Source: an uncultured Gammaproteobacteria bacterium (lineage in GTDB: Bacteria; Pseudomonadota; Gammaproteobacteria; GCA-001735895). From it: a stretch of 37,295 bases of DNA. The stretch is from assembly GCA_963976575.1 (NCBI GenBank), contig CAXBMV010000001.1, positions 1 through 37,295 on the forward strand, read 5' to 3'. Below the pieces are notes generated by a model. It was not told where the DNA came from. It searched no databases and saw only the letters and a list, made by a program, of their open reading frames with translations. Shown here piece by piece: positions 34,742 to 37,295 of this stretch (within the stretch, counting starts at the first letter, position 1; every line of letters begins with the position of its first letter). The position numbers were made by a program, and so were the translations under genes.

Positions 34742-37295
34742 ACAAGGACTCCATACGCGCCAGGTAAATCTCTAGATAATTCATAAGATGAGAATGCAAT
34801 TGTTGAACTGTTGGAATCAAATCCATAATGTTCTGGTCGCACAAGTGAGGGAAACGAATATAACTTAACCGTTTTACCTTCGTTGTTGGTTGCAATTACT
34901 GGGGCGATATTAGAACTAGACAACTGCCAACCTGCCAACTCGAGCATGTCCGCAAGCGGGCTCAAAATATTTTTTTGAGCATCAATAGAAAGAATTTGAG
35001 GCAGAGTACCCTTGATAAGATAATTGAGTAGATCGAGGCCCAAAAACCGATCCAAGGTTGAATGATGAAATCGATTTCCATAGTGCCGTAAACATTTATC
35101 GCAGGAAGAGCTGCAATCACAGTTGGTTAGCAACTTCTCAACCTGGGCAAGCACGCTTCCTATTACCTCTCCAGCCTGAGTAGCATATCCAGCACCTCCC
35201 GATAGCGTGTCATAAACAAAGATGTCTACAAAATTCTCTTCCCGAACAGGTTGAAATCTGAAACCCGCATTTATTTCTCTGATGTCAATGTCCAATTCTC
35301 TTCCAACACCCAAAACAATTGCTTCAGCAAGAGATTGAATAGCGTCAGAAATTGGAGCTCTTTCAAGCCGATCAACAGGGTTGAATCTTAGCTCTGTACT
35401 TATAGGAATATGAATCAACAATGCATCAGAATTAAAGCTGTATCCAAGATATACTCTCTCGAAACGTCCTAGGCACCGGCGACTAGAGGTGTTTCTCCCC
35501 GAAACGTTGTAATCACGTTCATGCGCACCCTGGTTAGCTTCATCAACGGCAGTTTTTCCGCACTGATTACATATTGAAAAACCATCGTGTTGGCCATTTT
35601 CCTCCTCACCTTTGTTAACCATGACGAGTTGCTGATCTCTGGCAAAAGCAATTTCACAATTTTTACCGAACTTCTTCCAATTGAAGTTACTATCTTCTGG
35701 TACCGATAGCTGAGCATTGGTCGCACTAGTAAAGACTTGATCGTCGTCGTATTCATCCACCTCTCGGCCACCGTCAGGAAATACGACTTGCGGGACAATA
35801 ACTTTCCTTGCTTCAAGTGCAGCCATACCACATAAAGGACATTCCTCGCCGCTAGGTTCTACTAACCTGAACCCTGGTGTAAACTCACATTCTGGGCAAA
35901 ATATATAGTACCGTCGCTCGGAAAAAAGTCTTGATGAACGATTCTCCACCGCAGTCGAACCGTTGGCAGCCACCGAGCCGATTCTATATGTCTTCTTATC
36001 GATAACTACAAATCGACCGGGGGCATACTCAGAGAGTGCGATATTGAGGCCTTGCTGGGGTCGTTGAATAATATTAACTTTTGTAAAGCCGTTTCGCACT
36101 TCAGGTGGCCCCTCAATTTGAAGAGCGCACAAATCCCTAGGAAAGGCATAAGAAGGAAGAAACCCGCGACTAAACAAGAACTCAATTAGTTTAAGTTCTG
36201 AGGTTTCTAGTTCATCTTCATTTGTGGGGCGAATGCGTTTCAATTCATCAAGAAACTCAACGGCCACAGTGTAAGGAGTTTTTGTATATGACTTTGGAAG
36301 CCATTCTTGAATAGCTGTAAAACAAGACTTAGCTGAATCCGCCGTTTCTAACCAACCCCTAAACGCCAGCAAGCTAAATGCACTCGCTACATTATAAAAC
36401 TCCAGTGTCTTACCTAAGACAGAGAAAACATCAGAACCACTTGGGATCGGGTTCTCAAAGTGGAAATATGCTTGTACTAGTTGAGCACGAATATGCCTCT
36501 CGATAATTTTGGGGTTTTCAATGTCTATTCCAGGGAGTGTGGGTTCACCAGATATAATTTGTTCAGGATTGTCAAAATAGTGATTGTCGTGAGGACTATT
36601 TTGGGCATAAGTCAACACAGTTGAGACTGCTGAGCCTCTGCGTCCAGTGCGGCCCGCACGTTGTTGATAGTTTTGTCTTAAGGGTGGAACATTACGGAGA
36701 CCAACAGCCACCAATGACCCTATGTCAATACCAACTTCCATTGTTGTAGTGCTACTCAGAACATCGATTGATGTATCAGATGGTTTTACAATAATATCCC
36801 TGAACAGGCGCTCAAAGTCTTCCGTAGTTGTGCTCGAGTCTTCAACATCACGATAGGATAACTGTGCTGTATGCTCTTCGACCGACAAATTGAAAGGGCT
36901 TACTTTGCCACGTAGAACATCAACTACGGGGTCTCTGAAAAAGGCCTTACGCGCACGCAAGTAATCTGTCTCCCCAGGGTTAACTGCAATTGTACCTGAC
37001 GCTAAGCAAGCCGAGCAGTGACCCCACCAATCAGAGGGGGAAACTGCAGCACAATATGGGCACTGAAACCAATTTTGGCCTTCTGTGGACAAACTTAGAG
37101 AGAGTTTATTTGGGTCCAAAAAAAGGCCATCCCGACTAGGACTCGAATGACACATAACCTCAGCAAAAACTTGGCAAATTTCTTCTAAATTTGTAACCTT
37201 ATCATTCAAGAAATCTTGGACCTGGCGATTGAAACCGCCCATTTGGTTTAGCCCGCCAGATAGTAGGTGGCCGGCAGCTTTTATTCTAACGCCTT
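34738..37295 (-). CDS. superfamily-2 helicase C-terminal part fused to a DUF1998-like zinc-binding domain (DruE-like); 5' end outside window
   Basis: The reading frame has no stop between 37243 and the window edge, so the ATG at 37242 is internal. Helicase motif V/VI-like sequences are TTTMEVGIDIGS and QQRAGRTGRRG. CxxC pairs include CPYC/CSAC, CPEC/CPLC and CNQC. The C-terminal YDTLSGGAGY...CDCSSSCDKCLRHYGNRFHH is typical of DUF1998. Confidence 0.8.
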   Translation of the reverse strand, partial: GVRIKAAGHLLSGGLNQMGGFNRQVQDFLNDKVTNLEEICQVFAEVMCHSSPSRDGLFLDPNKLSLSLSTEGQNWFQCPYCAAVSPSDWWGHCSACLASGTIAVNPGETDYLRARKAFFRDPVVDVLRGKVSPFNLSVEEHTAQLSYRDVEDSSTTTEDFERLFRDIIVKPSDTSIDVLSSTTTMEVGIDIGSLVAVGLRNVPPLRQNYQQRAGRTGRRGSAVSTVLTYAQNSPHDNHYFDNPEQIISGEPTLPGIDIENPKIIERHIRAQLVQAYFHFENPIPSGSDVFSVLGKTLEFYNVASAFSLLAFRGWLETADSAKSCFTAIQEWLPKSYTKTPYTVAVEFLDELKRIRPTNEDELETSELKLIEFLFSRGFLPSYAFPRDLCALQIEGPPEVRNGFTKVNIIQRPQQGLNIALSEYAPGRFVVIDKKTYRIGSVAANGSTAVENRSSRLFSERRYYIFCPECEFTPGFRLVEPSGEECPLCGMAALEARKVIVPQVVFPDGGREVDEYDDDQVFTSATNAQLSVPEDSNFNWKKFGKNCEIAFARDQQLVMVNKGEEENGQHDGFSICNQCGKTAVDEANQGAHERDYNVSGRNTSSRRCLGRFERVYLGYSFNSDALLIHIPISTELRFNPVDRLERAPISDAIQSLAEAIVLGVGRELDIDIREINAGFRFQPVREENFVDIFVYDTLSGGAGYATQAGEVIGSVLAQVEKLLTNCDCSSSCDKCLRHYGNRFHHSTLDRFLGLDLLNYLIKGTLPQILSIDAQKNILSPLADMLELAGWQLSSSNIAPVIATNNEGKTVKLYSFPSLVRPEHYGFDSNSSTIAFSSYELSRDLPGAYGVLV

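Larger units (their letters stand above)
19602..37295. mobile_element. putative integrated genomic island(s), right end outside window
   Basis: The region starts at the att-like repeats and shows a compositional drop to about 40% GC in spot counts. Its cargo is typical of islands: ArdA-like, RadC, DUF3800, a defence-like operon and a RiPP cluster. No integrase is seen in the window. Confidence 0.55.

Noticed and set aside
35469-35831. 120-aa minus-strand ORF nested inside the helicase gene
   Set aside because: It is an alternative frame of the 834-aa helicase/DUF1998 ORF, which carries the recognisable motifs.

Overview
The window looks like a gammaproteobacterial chromosome segment in two parts. 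Positions 1-19.5 kb are a conserved, GC-richer housekeeping backbone. It carries a chalcone-isomerase-like gene, a Lon-N-domain gene, ubiX, a Ser/Thr kinase-cNMP fusion, mpl, glyQ-glyS-gmhB-plsC, an S41 peptidase, an OMP, a yheS-like ABC-F gene, a MocR regulator and a CheB/CheR-PAS fusion. From about 19.6 kb to the right edge the sequence is visibly AT-richer: spot counts of single 60-nt lines give about 40% GC against roughly 55-65% in the core, and window-wide GC was not computed. This accessory region begins with two 28-bp direct repeats that contain a tRNA 3'-end-like fragment, so it looks like an integrated island. No integrase or complete tRNA lies inside the window. The island carries a DUF3800 two-gene module, a frameshifted ArdA-like gene and radC. 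It also holds the two most interesting loci. (1) At 26.3-28.8 kb there is a RiPP-like cluster: a predicted precursor ends in twelve uninterrupted Trp-X-(Asn/Asp/Gln) triplets, followed by an unknown 269-aa protein and a radical SAM/SPASM enzyme. (2) At 29.4-37.3 kb on the minus strand there is a translationally coupled four-gene operon. Its order is a helicase-DUF1998 protein (DruE-like, 5' end off-window), a DUF4338/DruA-like protein, and two uncharacterised proteins. This is a Druantia-like arrangement with non-canonical gene order and content. All family assignments come from motif recognition by eye; no searches were run.
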